Below, in pieces: positions 1 to 8,879 of a DNA stretch of 21,601 bases. This stretch comes from Dehalococcoidia bacterium (GTDB lineage: Bacteria; Chloroflexota; Dehalococcoidia; Lucifugimonadales; UBA3495), in assembly GCA_030740155.1 (NCBI GenBank), contig JASLXV010000027.1, positions 1 through 21,601 on the forward strand, read 5' to 3'. The position numbers and the translations under genes were made by a program. The first letter of the stretch is position 1. Every line of letters starts with the position of its first letter. The notes beneath the pieces are model-generated. The model had not been told where the DNA came from and made no database searches. It saw nothing but the letters and a program-made list of their open reading frames with translations.

Positions 1-31
1 CATTGGCCTTGATGTTTTCTGACTGGGACAC
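1..31 (-). CDS. 5' end of a gene running off the left edge (MSQSENIKAN...)
   Basis: On the minus strand, AAAGGAG is followed 5 nt later by GTG (31-29), and the frame is open to the window edge. Only 10 codons are visible. Confidence 0.35.
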   Translation of the reverse strand, partial: MSQSENIKAN

Positions 32-36
32 ATTTG

Positions 37-141
37 CTCCTTTCTGGAAGTAATGTACCTTCACTCCAGGAGCTCACGCCACTTCCACTTTCTCGGGTTT
101 TCTTACACCCCAATGTGTCCCATTATCGCTGACGGTCTACA
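37..141 (-). repeat. 105-bp direct repeat, copy 1 (putative promoter/5'-UTR/RBS module)
   Basis: Aligns without gaps to 9546-9650 with 6 mismatches in 105 bp. On the minus strand it contains a GATAAT -10-like box and ends exactly at an AAAGGAG Shine-Dalgarno (SD) sequence. Confidence 0.9.
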
Positions 142-276
142 GTCTGGTGTTCCTGGCAGTAGTAGGCCGGGGGGAGTTGGGCTTGTCAGTACATCATCAA
201 TACGAGTTCGGTATGGTTGCCTTTGATGTAACGGACAACCTAGAATAAGCCAAATGTAAGAAGGAGGTCGTCCAAC

Positions 277-564
277 ATGGCAATTTCAGACAAGGACCTC
301 ACCTGCAGGGATTGTGGGTCAACCTTCGTATTCACGGTAGGTGAACAGGAGTTCTTCGCGGAGAAGGGTTTCACCAACGAACCGACCCGTTGCCCGGCGT
401 GTCGGAGTGCCCGTAGGAACCAAGTCCGAGGGGGCTATAGTGGATCGCGAGAGATGCATCCTGTGGTTTGCGCGCAGTGTGGCATCGACACCACTGTCCC
501 TTTCCGGCCAACTGGGGACAAACCCGTATACTGCAGTGATTGTTTCGGTCAAATGCGACGGTAG
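277..564 (+). CDS. Zinc-ribbon protein (zf-trcl-like N-terminal domain plus CxxC-x17-CxxC domain)
   Basis: Has DKDLTCRDCG..FVFTVGEQEFFAEKGF.NEPTRCPACR followed by VCAQCG..TTVPFRP.GDKPVYCSDCF. A strong AAGGAGG RBS lies upstream. Confidence 0.9.
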   Translation: MAISDKDLTCRDCGSTFVFTVGEQEFFAEKGFTNEPTRCPACRSARRNQVRGGYSGSREMHPVVCAQCGIDTTVPFRPTGDKPVYCSDCFGQMRR

Positions 565-744
565 AACACGACGGGGCTGAAGGAAAGCAGCCGCTCCCTG
601 GACTTCGCCATCGGTGAGTTCCGCGACATGATGACGCAGCCGTCGTTGGAGCGGGCGTTGAGACATAGAGAGATTGAGGGCGTGGGAGAGCGAGTTCATG
701 GTTAGGCTGGGGCTAGATCCATATGCGTGAAGGAGTATAGAAAC

Positions 745-1263
745 ATGTCAGAGCAATTATCGATTGAAAGAGGCAAGGTGGCAGTCCTGATCATGGACTA
801 CCAGAACCGACAGCTTGGTAACTTTTCAAATGAATTTCAGAAAGAAATCTTGGGAAAAGCGAACGAAGTTCTTGCAGAAGCTCGTGACAGGAGTATCCCT
901 ATCATCTACGTAGAAGTAGTTCGCGGGGAGAGGACACCGGACACAGAGATTCATCACGACATAACTCCAAAGGCTGGAGAGGCAGTCCTCACCAAGAGCC
1001 GAACCGGGCCTTTTTCGACAACTGAAATCGACGAAGTATTAAGAAAGCAAGGTATCGAGACACTGGCTTTAATGGGGATTTCGACAAGTGGATGTGTGCT
1101 CACTACAGTGCGGTGGGCTTCCGATATTGACTACAAATTGGTGGTGCTCTCTGATTGCTGTGCGGATCAGGATGATGAGGTTCATCGCGTTCTTATGGAG
1201 AAGCTGTTTCCGCGGCAAGCGACAGTAGTGACTTCGCAGCAATTCCTTCGGGCATTGGAATAG
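745..1263 (+). CDS. Isochorismatase-family cysteine hydrolase
   Basis: Shows the Asp (VLIMDYQ), Lys (LTKSR) and Cys (GISTSGCV) triad and VVLSDCCAD. An AAGGAG RBS precedes ATG 745. Confidence 0.9.
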   Translation: MSEQLSIERGKVAVLIMDYQNRQLGNFSNEFQKEILGKANEVLAEARDRSIPIIYVEVVRGERTPDTEIHHDITPKAGEAVLTKSRTGPFSTTEIDEVLRKQGIETLALMGISTSGCVLTTVRWASDIDYKLVVLSDCCADQDDEVHRVLMEKLFPRQATVVTSQQFLRALE

Positions 1264-1296
1264 GCTAAGGACTATTGAATCACTAACTCGATGAGT

Positions 1297-1937
1297 TGTG
1301 TTGCCCCGGTGCGGTGGACAGGTGGGCACTAGGCAACTGAGCGTTGAAGGAGTTGCTGGGGAAAAACCTCTGAAGCCCAAGGCTAGGATGATGGCGGCGG
1401 CGTACGCCAAAGGGAGTCTTGGGCTGAGCGAGAGGAGGTCTTGTCTGCTGACCGGCGTCTCCCCCTCGGTGTACCGGTATGAGTCTAAGCGGGGCGATGA
1501 CGATGCCTTGCGCCGGAGGATGCGGGAGCTTGCAGGGGAGAGGACGCGGTTTGGTTGTCCCAGGCTGCGAATCATGCTCAAGAGGGAAGAGCTGGTGGTC
1601 AATCACAAGAGGACCGAGTGTCTCTACGGAGAAGAGGGGCTTGCGTTGCGGAGGAAGAGGAGGCGCAAAGGTGCGGCCGGAGCTAGGGTGATTGCTCCTC
1701 CTCCGGTGCGTCCCAACCAGAGGTGGTCCATGGATTTCGTAACAGACAGCACGGTGACCGGCCGGCGTTTTCGTGCACTGACCATAGTGGATGACCACTC
1801 GCAGGAGTGCCCGGCCATTGAAGTGGGTACATCTCTGGGCGGCGCAAGGGTAGTCGGCGTCCTGGAGAGGCTGGCCGAGACAAGGGGACTCCCTGAGGTA
1901 ATTACCGTCGACGACGGGCCTGAGTTTGCGGGCAGGG
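1297..1937 (+). mobile_element. IS3-family (IS407-like) insertion sequence remnant: left IR, orfA tail, truncated orfB transposase
   Basis: An IR-like TGTGTTGCCCCGGTGCGGTGGACAGG starts at 1297. The orfA tail ALKELLGKNL* (1341-1373) carries a GGGAAAAAC slippery run. orfB motifs are SERRSC, VNHKR..LY.EEGL, RPNQRWSMDF, LTIVDD and DDGPEF. The ORF is cut before the catalytic Glu. Confidence 0.85.
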
Positions 1938-2288
1938 TGAGGTGGACCCGAAACATTGGACAGGTAGCGAGACGAGAGTCTTGCTCCTAATACTGGATCA
2001 TCTAATCAAGGAAGATCGGGACGTGTCACATGAACGAAGAAAGCACAGCCCATCGTTCCTGCCTTAGCGGCCCTAGAAGCGGCGAAGGGGCGGGCCGTCT
2101 CGCAAGAAAGCGCTGCGTTCGTCTAGCAGCGGCTCCCATCCGAGCCAAACAACCTAGCTGCCAGGGCCACGGCTCCGCTGACACTATCTGCGGATAGTGT
2201 TGACGATTTGACGGCGGAACGCTGGGAGCACCGCAGAACCCTCGCGTGATGTCGCCCAGATCCTGTCCAGCCGACCGGGTCCACATCA
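1938..2288 (+). mobile_element. 351-bp internally deleted IS3-family element (MITE-like)
   Basis: Terminal IRs TGAGGTGGACCCGAAACATTGGACA (1938-1962) and, reverse-complemented, TGATGTGGACCCGGTCGGCTGGACA (2264-2288) match 18/25. A decayed orfA start (VSHERRKHSPSF...AALEAAKG) begins at 2023. No target-site duplication is visible. Confidence 0.75.
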
Positions 2289-3548
2289 ATCTTCCTTCTT
2301 GAGTCGTTCAATTTCCTCAGGAGGCCTCACGTTGCGGAACATGGCGTATAGAGATAGATCGTAGGCTATCTTCAGTACCGCTGCAGAAACCAGCGGCACT
2401 CCGGCCGAGAACACACTCCAAAGGGCGGCGGTGGCGGAAGGTCCGACAGCGCCGGTCGCGCTCCGACCCACCATATGGATACTGGCCATGGCGACCCTCT
2501 CCTCCGGACCGACCACCGCCATGGTATAGGAATCCCGCGCAGGGGTGTCCATTTGCCCGAGGAACGAACGAAGTTGCCAGAACAGGATGGCAGCCCATGC
2601 CGTCGGCGCGAAAGCGGCGGCAATGAGGAAGAAGCTGGAGGGAATGTGGGTGAAAACCATGGTGTTGAGGAGTCCAAACCGATTGGAGATCTTGGCCGCC
2701 AGCCAAAGCGATACCGCGGTGAGTAGGTGGGAGAAGAAGAAGACGAAGGCCAGTGAACTTACCTCAAGGTCAAACTTGGTGGAAAACCAAAAGGCGACCA
2801 GGCTTTGGATTACCATCGACGTGGTAAATGTATCCACGCTGAACAAGGCAGTGAGGGTAAAGATTCGCCGGCGAGACGGGAGCTTCAACGGGTTGGTCCA
2901 GCCCCTTCGCTCCACAGGACTCTCAACTCTGGAAGATAGCAAGCTGTACAAAATCGCCCCGGCGATCTGTAAAACGGCGAATCCGACAAACATCAGCTTG
3001 AATGACGAGAGAGTGCTTACGCCGAAAAAATCCTGGTAAATCGTCGGAAGTCCGGCAGCCAATGCCCCGAGCGCCGTGCCGGTTCTGGCCAAAATTCCAT
3101 AGACCGCGAATAGGTCCGTACGACGTTCGGCGGGCACCGTATCGGGCAGGATGGCGAGCTCCAATGGCTGGGCGGGGCTCTCACCTGCGCCGCTTCCGCT
3201 TGTTGATAAGCTGCCTACGAAGGCGATCAACAACATGGGGATGAACTCGTCTACGAAGAACAGGGCCAATCCCGATGCCGCCGACACCAAGGAGAAAGTG
3301 ACAAGCAAGTTGCGGCGTCCAACCCTATCCGAGATTAGGCCCACCACAAAGGCGAATGCGGCAACTCCGATGACCCCCGCGCTGAGCACCGACCCAACTT
3401 GAACCAAGCTGAATCCCAGTTCGGCCAAGTACAAAGCAAGAAGGACGGCAACATAACTCTGGGCAAATGTCCGTATCGCCCGGGCAATGATGATCAACCG
3501 AGCGTCACGGCTAACCCAGTTAGAGGAGGATGATGGCCTAATCTTCAT
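2286..3548 (-). CDS. MFS transporter
   Basis: 420-aa hydrophobic protein with about 12 TM segments, MFS motif A (GLISDRVGRRNLL) and the second-half motif KISNRFG. Confidence 0.92.
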   Translation of the reverse strand: MKIRPSSSSNWVSRDARLIIIARAIRTFAQSYVAVLLALYLAELGFSLVQVGSVLSAGVIGVAAFAFVVGLISDRVGRRNLLVTFSLVSAASGLALFFVDEFIPMLLIAFVGSLSTSGSGAGESPAQPLELAILPDTVPAERRTDLFAVYGILARTGTALGALAAGLPTIYQDFFGVSTLSSFKLMFVGFAVLQIAGAILYSLLSSRVESPVERRGWTNPLKLPSRRRIFTLTALFSVDTFTTSMVIQSLVAFWFSTKFDLEVSSLAFVFFFSHLLTAVSLWLAAKISNRFGLLNTMVFTHIPSSFFLIAAAFAPTAWAAILFWQLRSFLGQMDTPARDSYTMAVVGPEERVAMASIHMVGRSATGAVGPSATAALWSVFSAGVPLVSAAVLKIAYDLSLYAMFRNVRPPEEIERLKKED

Positions 3549-3657
3549 TCCCTATTCGGAGCTTTTGAACTGTATTTCTCAGTCCAACCGATTACCCCTG
3601 CTTGGGAACCTGCCCCATCCGTCGATAATGGTTGAAACGAGTCCAGCGAAAGCTCCC

Positions 3658-3957
3658 TCAATATTGTTGAAGGCGTGAAAGGCTCGGTTTGTTGTGTTCA
3701 TCCAGGCAAACCATATCGCCGCCTATTATCATCGGTGCCGGCCTTATGTTGGAGGGCAACTCGGCCAACTCGGGAAGGTTAGATGTAATATCTCTTCCGT
3801 TTCGGCTGAATATCTTGACCGCGTCGCCCTCAAAGAAAGCAACTGCGCGCATGCCGTCCCATTTCAACTCGAAAAAGTGATCCGGGGATTCGAAGGTGTT
3901 TTGAGCTAACCGGCCGAGCATTGGCTTTATAGTGTTTAGAAGAATGATGCGGGTCAT
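3658..3957 (-). pseudogene. Truncated ATP-dependent DNA ligase (LigD/LigC-type ligase domain N-terminus)
   Basis: Has IKPML, motif I FELKWDGMRA and IFSRNGRDIT. Motif III has degenerated to IIGGDMV (normally LDGEIV). The frame stops after 99 aa and the later motifs are missing. Confidence 0.8.
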
Positions 3958-4171
3958 GGGACGGATATTAATTCAAGACCCGTTTGCCTGCAAGATGACG
4001 GGCGTAAATTGCTAATCGGTGAGACTAATCGCAAAGAGGTGGCATTGAACGTCTGCACTGACAATATAAGCGATTTGTGGTGCCGATTTGCTGGCAGGGG
4101 TTGTCAGGTCCGCGTGCATGCGGTTAAAGTAGCGGCTGTTGAAAATGCATCTCTGGGGAAGAGGAGTTTCC

Positions 4172-5113
4172 ATGGAATACCGCTGTTTGGGTAGGTCGGG
4201 GCTTGAGGTGTCAGCAGTTGGACTAGGGACCAACAACTTCGGCGCCCGCATCGACTACCAGCAAACTGACCGGGTGATCCATCAGGCCGTGGACATTGGT
4301 GTCAATCTCATAGATACGGCTAATATCTACGGAAAAACCTTGTCAGAGGAATACATAGGGAAGTCCACCAAAGGTATTCGCGGACAGGTGCTGCTGGCTA
4401 CCAAGGTGGCAGGGCCGACGGGAGAAGGGCCGAACCAGGGCGGGGCCTCACGCAAGCACATCATGGAGCAGGTGGAGTTGAGCCTGCGGAGGCTGCAAAC
4501 CGACCACATTGACCTTTACCAGATGCACTACCCAGATTCAGGCACCCCGATAGAAGAGACGCTGCGCACCCTAGACGATCTGGTTCGGCAGGGTAAAGTG
4601 CGGTACATCGGCTGCTCCAACTACGCCGCATGGCAAGTGGCCGAAGCCGTCTTGGCCTCCCATACGCTGCATTTGGAGGCCTTCATCAGCGCCCAGCCCC
4701 CGTATAACATGCTTGAACGCGAGGTTGAGAGAGAGCTGATCCCCTGCTGCCAGGCATACGGCATCGGTATTCTGCCATACTTCCCTTTGGCCAGCGGGTT
4801 CCTCACGGGGAAATACCGGCAAGGCGAGTCTCTCCCAGAGGGGACACGGCTCTATGACTTCGCCAAAGTCCGGAACAACCTGACCGACCGGAACTTCGAC
4901 CTGTTGGATCGACTGAAAGTCTTTGCCGCGGAGCGTGGACACTCGACGCTGGAGCTGGCCATCGCTTGGCTGCTGGCCAATCCTTCAGTGGGCAGCGTCA
5001 TTGCCGGTGCAAGGCTGCCGGGGCAGGTGGTGGACAACGTCAAGGCCATCGACTGGCAACTCACTCCGGAGGATCTACACGAGATCGACGGTATCCTCAA
5101 CGGTGGGGAGTAA
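4172..5113 (+). CDS. Aldo/keto reductase
   Basis: Motifs MEYRCLGRSGLEVSAVGLG, IDTANIYG, ATKV, SLRRLQTDHIDLYQMH, GKVRYIGCSN and PYFPLASGFLTGKY. The GAGGAG RBS favours ATG 4172. Confidence 0.95.
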   Translation: MEYRCLGRSGLEVSAVGLGTNNFGARIDYQQTDRVIHQAVDIGVNLIDTANIYGKTLSEEYIGKSTKGIRGQVLLATKVAGPTGEGPNQGGASRKHIMEQVELSLRRLQTDHIDLYQMHYPDSGTPIEETLRTLDDLVRQGKVRYIGCSNYAAWQVAEAVLASHTLHLEAFISAQPPYNMLEREVERELIPCCQAYGIGILPYFPLASGFLTGKYRQGESLPEGTRLYDFAKVRNNLTDRNFDLLDRLKVFAAERGHSTLELAIAWLLANPSVGSVIAGARLPGQVVDNVKAIDWQLTPEDLHEIDGILNGGE

Positions 5114-5390
5114 AGTCGGCTCAATTATTACTCCGGCCTATACACCTCGGAGGTGGCTGGCGAAGACATCTGGTTAGAGAACTTGCCGTACTACTGAACC
5201 GATGCTCCGGACCGGCGACGCGCACTAATGTTTCATAGGGTCTTGAAACCTGCCTCCTCCGATATCAAGAGACGAAGCTCCAAGTATCTCCTGCCATGCG
5301 AGCGCTCGGTCCGTTGGAGGCCGAATGCCTATTTCGGTGGAGACTGCAGAGCGTCGCCCAAAGCCGCATTGGTTTTGACCGCAACAACTG

Positions 5391-5451
5391 CCAGTATTCC
5401 GGGAGCAGGATTCTCGCTCAGCTACTTGTCCGACCGACCGGGTCCACCTCA
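5391..5451 (-). mobile_element. Solo IS3-family terminal sequence
   Basis: Reverse complement reads TGAGGTGGACCCGGTCGGTCGGACAAGTAGCTGAGCGAGAATCCTGCTCCCGGAATACTGG. It is homologous to 1938-1996 over about 60 bp and matches the IR at 2264-2288 at 22/25. Confidence 0.75.
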
Positions 5452-5708
5452 ATGCACCTGGAAACAGGCTGCTCCCAACGGATTCTACCGACCGTCATGG
5501 TCCGAGGCCAAGGTCGTCGCTGCGCAAGGAGGCGAAGGGCGGCCAAGGGTGAGGCAGTGCCAATCATTGCCGATGCCATCGCAATTGCCCGGCGACCGTT
5601 GTGGCACGCCTCTGGCCCTCTTTCCAGGCTGCCGGAAAAACCCGGCATCAGAACAGTCTCGGCGCCAATGTTAGAGCGCCTTATGAAGCTTGAATTTTCA
5701 GAGTCCAG

Positions 5709-6511
5709 CTAACGACCGAGCCACGTGGGGGGCCTTTTCTCAACGAACGCCAAGGCTCCCTCCTTGTAGTCCTGGCTGCTGTGCACAGTGAGTGCAGCAT
5801 CTCCTGCCAAGTCGAGAGCGCTCTCCAGGTTCATGGCCAGAGAGTCGTATGTGAGCCGCTTTATGAGCTGGATAGCCAACGGCGGGCCTGAAGCTAACTC
5901 TTTGGCATACTCCATGGTCTGCTGCATCAACTCTTCCTGGGAGACAACCCTACTTACATACCCGATGCGCAGTGCCTCTTGGGCATCCATGGCTCGACCA
6001 GTCCACATGAGATCCAAGGCATTTGTGAGCCCCACGATCCTTGGCAGTAGGTAGCAGCCTCCATCCCCGGGCACAGTGGCCCGCCGCACATAGGCCATGA
6101 CAAACTTGGCGTTGTCCGAAGCAATACGTATGTCGCACATGGAGGCCATGTCCATGCCAGCCCCGGCGCACGCACCATTGATGGCCGCGATGTACGGCTT
6201 GTCCAGGGTTTGAAGCAATTTGGGTATAGGGTGTATATCGTGTTTTATGTAGTGGGGTCGCCGTACGGGGTTTTGTCGCCAGCCAGTTGGCGAGCCGCAC
6301 GGGCCTTCACATCAGCGCCGGAACAAAAGCCCCTACCAGCTCCCGTAACCATCACGACCCTGACATCACCGTCATCTTTTGCATCTTGTAGGGCCGCAAG
6401 CCAGCTATGGAGCATCTCCGTGCTGAAGGCGTTCAACACCTCAGGGCGGTTCAATGTAATGACGGCGATATTGTGCTCTTTTGTGTACAGGAGGTCCGGG
6501 TATTCAGTCAT
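5709..6511 (-). pseudogene. Enoyl-CoA hydratase/isomerase (crotonase family), frameshifted
   Basis: The N-half (ITLNRPEVLNA, TGAGRGFCSGAD) and C-half (KPYIAAINGACAGAG, CDIRIAS, EGALAFVEKR) are in different frames. One missing base near 6255-6265 would restore ...PHYIKHDIHPIPKLLQTLDKP. Confidence 0.85.
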
Positions 6512-6600
6512 CTCTGTTTCCCTCTTTCTTCTCTCGACGTAGACCCGCGAACGGTACTATGTCCATGGCTAGGCCGATGTGTAAGGCATAATCCGAGATT

Positions 6601-6713
6601 CCCCATTTGACATGAGCCAGAATCTTCATTGGCACCCCAACGCGGCGGAGAAAGTATGTGACGCCCTTGGATGCCTGTCAACCTTTGCCTTCTGGCTCCT
6701 GTCAAGGGTGGAG
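6601..6713. repeat. Nested inverted repeat (rod-like hairpin with central bubble)
   Basis: 6607-6622 (TTGACATGAGCCAGAA) matches the reverse complement of 6690-6705 at 15/16. Inner arms are 6631-6640 with 6667-6675, and GGCG with CGCC. Confidence 0.7.
6653..6681 (-). promoter_or_regulatory. Sigma70-type promoter facing the crotonase gene
   Basis: Minus strand reads TTGACA-17 nt-CATACT. Confidence 0.5.
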
Positions 6714-6835
6714 TGGAGATGTATTGCTAGAGTCTTGCGCGTCTTTTCTCCGCCCATGGCATCCCTTCAGGTCACCCTTGCGTTTTCCTCCTTCCTGGCC
6801 TAAGTATTGCCCAACGTTCCAGGCCGGAGGTTTTG

Positions 6836-6976
6836 ATGGACGCATATTGCTTTAAGTGCAGGGCAATGAAGGAGATCAATTGCCCAAAGCAGGTGGCCCT
6901 CAAGGACTCGAGACCAGCTACACAAGGAGTCTGCTCATCCTGTGGGACCAAGATGTTCCGAATACGCAAGGGGTAA
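6836..6976 (+). CDS. 46-aa DUF5679-type zinc-finger microprotein (not in ORF track)
   Basis: Translates as MDAYCFKCRAMKEINCPKQVALKDSRPATQGVCSSCGTKMFRIRKG*, with two CxxC pairs in the YCxKC...GxCxxCGTKMFRI pattern. A GGAGG RBS lies just upstream. Confidence 0.85.
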   Translation: MDAYCFKCRAMKEINCPKQVALKDSRPATQGVCSSCGTKMFRIRKG

Positions 6977-7136
6977 AACGGCCGACCACCATGACCTGGG
7001 TCGCAGGCTGAAGAGAGCAGCATCCCAACAAGCCTGGATGATAGCATGGGCACTCCCCTGCTAGGCGGCAAACCCGAGCCTATTCGACATTCACGACTGT
7101 GGTTGCGGCCGGGGGCCGGCCAGGCCTCCGGTCCCC

Positions 7137-8879
7137 TCAGCGGGTTCCCCTCAGGTCGTCTCGCAAGCGCCGCGTACCGTCCCAATCGATGACGCGATGC
7201 TCAATGTCAATGGCCACGCCATACACGTCTCGGGCCCGCTGAACCCCCACTTTGTCCTCTATGACATCCCAGAGCACTGCCTCCGGGTCCCTTTTCAGGG
7301 GATCACCCCAGCCACCCGCTCCCGGCCAGCTGATGCGAAGGGAGTCTCCGGCGTTCAGCGTTTCCAAGAATTTGGTCGGCATGGCCTTGGTCTCTCCCCC
7401 CTTGGCAACGGTGACCTTGGTGTTTGTAGAAGACAGCCCCCCCTGAAGGCCCCAGGGAGCCGACTTCTCCCGGTCGGCGCGCACCTGTACCACGGTATCG
7501 TCGAGCAGGTAGCGGTAGGTACGGACCATGCCCAGTCCACCACGGTACAATCCGGCGCCGTCGGTGTCGGGGACCAGGGCGTATTCTTCGATGCGGATGG
7601 GCTGCTCGGCTTCGATAGTTTCAGCCGGAATATTCGCAAGGTTGGATGTGTTGGACCCCTGGCCGTCGATGCCGTCCATGGTCGGCCGCCCTCCACAGGA
7701 GGTCTCGTTATGAAACTCCAACATGACCCAGGCTTTCCAGGGTGTCTTGCTCTTATCGTATCCCCCGGCGCCCACGCCGACCTCGCCACCGCCGGGGCAC
7801 GCGAAGACCCGGTCAGGGAGCATCTGGGCGACGGCGCCAATGAGCGCGTGGGAGATACGCTTGAGCCCCAACGCCCGGGCGGCCACCGGAGCGGGAGGCA
7901 AAGGGTTGACGAAAGTACCTTCGGGAGCTTTGATTGTCACGGGGCGGAAATAGCCGGCGGTATTCGGGATGTCTCTCGGCATGACCGCGCGTAAGATGGC
8001 ATACACCATCGCCTTGGTGGTGGCAAACACCGGCTGAATCGCGCCTTTACATTGGGGCGACGTGCCTTCGAAGTCCACCAGGATTTCATCGCCCTTCTTG
8101 GTCAAGGTGACCGCTATTTCGATAGGTTCGTCGCTGAAACCGTCGTTGTCCACGACATCGGTGAACGACCAGGTGCCGTCGGGCATGGAGGCGATGGATT
8201 TCCGGGTTAGCACCTCCGTGTAGTCCAGAAGTTCACTCACGAAAGACTCCAGCCCCTCAATACCGTATTGGTTCACCAGCTTCATGTACTCCCTTTCACC
8301 GTAGTAGAGGGCCGCAACTTGGCCTTTGATGTCGCCCAATACTTTGTCGGGCACCCGCACCGCCTTCTCCAGGATGCGCATGAGTGTCTCGTTGGGCTCG
8401 CCGCGTTCTTGCAGCTTGACGGGAGGGATGCGGAGACCCTCCTGGTATATCTCGGTGCTGTCGCAGGCGTTCCCCCCGGGAACGCGGCCCCCGATGTCAG
8501 TCTGATGCGACATGGCGCACAGGTAGGCCACGATACGGTCGCCAATCCAGACGGGCTTGAACAGGAAGATGTCGGGGAGGTGGCTCCCGCCTTCGTAAGG
8601 ATCGTTGGTGACCAGGATGTCCTCGGGGTAGATGCGTCCTTTGAAATGGTTAACACAGGCCATCAGCGCGGGGTTCATCCCGCCCAGGTGGATGGGAGAG
8701 CACATGCTTTGCCCCACAAGCACACCGTTGGAGTCGAGGACGCCGGTGGAGAAGTCCAGGCTGGTACGAACCACGGAAGAACGCGAGGTCCTCACCACGG
8801 TGAGCGCCATGCCGTCGGCAATGCTTTCCAGTGCGTTCCGGATGACCTCCATGCGGATAGGATCAATCGTTGTCGTCAC
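7137..8879 (-). CDS. hyuB: Hydantoinase B/oxoprolinase family protein
   Basis: Motifs IDPIRMEVIRNAL, NDPYEGGSHLPD, HQTDIGGRVPG, EIYQEGLRIPP, GAGLYRGGLG and GAGGWGDP. GGAGG lies 6 nt before GTG 8879 (580 aa). Confidence 0.93.
   Translation of the reverse strand: MTTTIDPIRMEVIRNALESIADGMALTVVRTSRSSVVRTSLDFSTGVLDSNGVLVGQSMCSPIHLGGMNPALMACVNHFKGRIYPEDILVTNDPYEGGSHLPDIFLFKPVWIGDRIVAYLCAMSHQTDIGGRVPGGNACDSTEIYQEGLRIPPVKLQERGEPNETLMRILEKAVRVPDKVLGDIKGQVAALYYGEREYMKLVNQYGIEGLESFVSELLDYTEVLTRKSIASMPDGTWSFTDVVDNDGFSDEPIEIAVTLTKKGDEILVDFEGTSPQCKGAIQPVFATTKAMVYAILRAVMPRDIPNTAGYFRPVTIKAPEGTFVNPLPPAPVAARALGLKRISHALIGAVAQMLPDRVFACPGGGEVGVGAGGYDKSKTPWKAWVMLEFHNETSCGGRPTMDGIDGQGSNTSNLANIPAETIEAEQPIRIEEYALVPDTDGAGLYRGGLGMVRTYRYLLDDTVVQVRADREKSAPWGLQGGLSSTNTKVTVAKGGETKAMPTKFLETLNAGDSLRISWPGAGGWGDPLKRDPEAVLWDVIEDKVGVQRARDVYGVAIDIEHRVIDWDGTRRLRDDLRGTR

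Noticed and set aside
565..704. Protein-like frame (SLDFAIGEFRDMMTQPSLERAL) after the zinc-ribbon gene
   Set aside because: It has no convincing start or RBS and no recognisable family. It is at most a remnant.
5230..5249. GTTTCA...TTGAAAC resembling CRISPR repeat ends
   Set aside because: It is a single 20-bp occurrence with no array and no cas genes.
5228..5712. Overlapping 138- and 148-aa ORFs
   Set aside because: They cross an IS end and have no motifs or RBS, so they are likely spurious.
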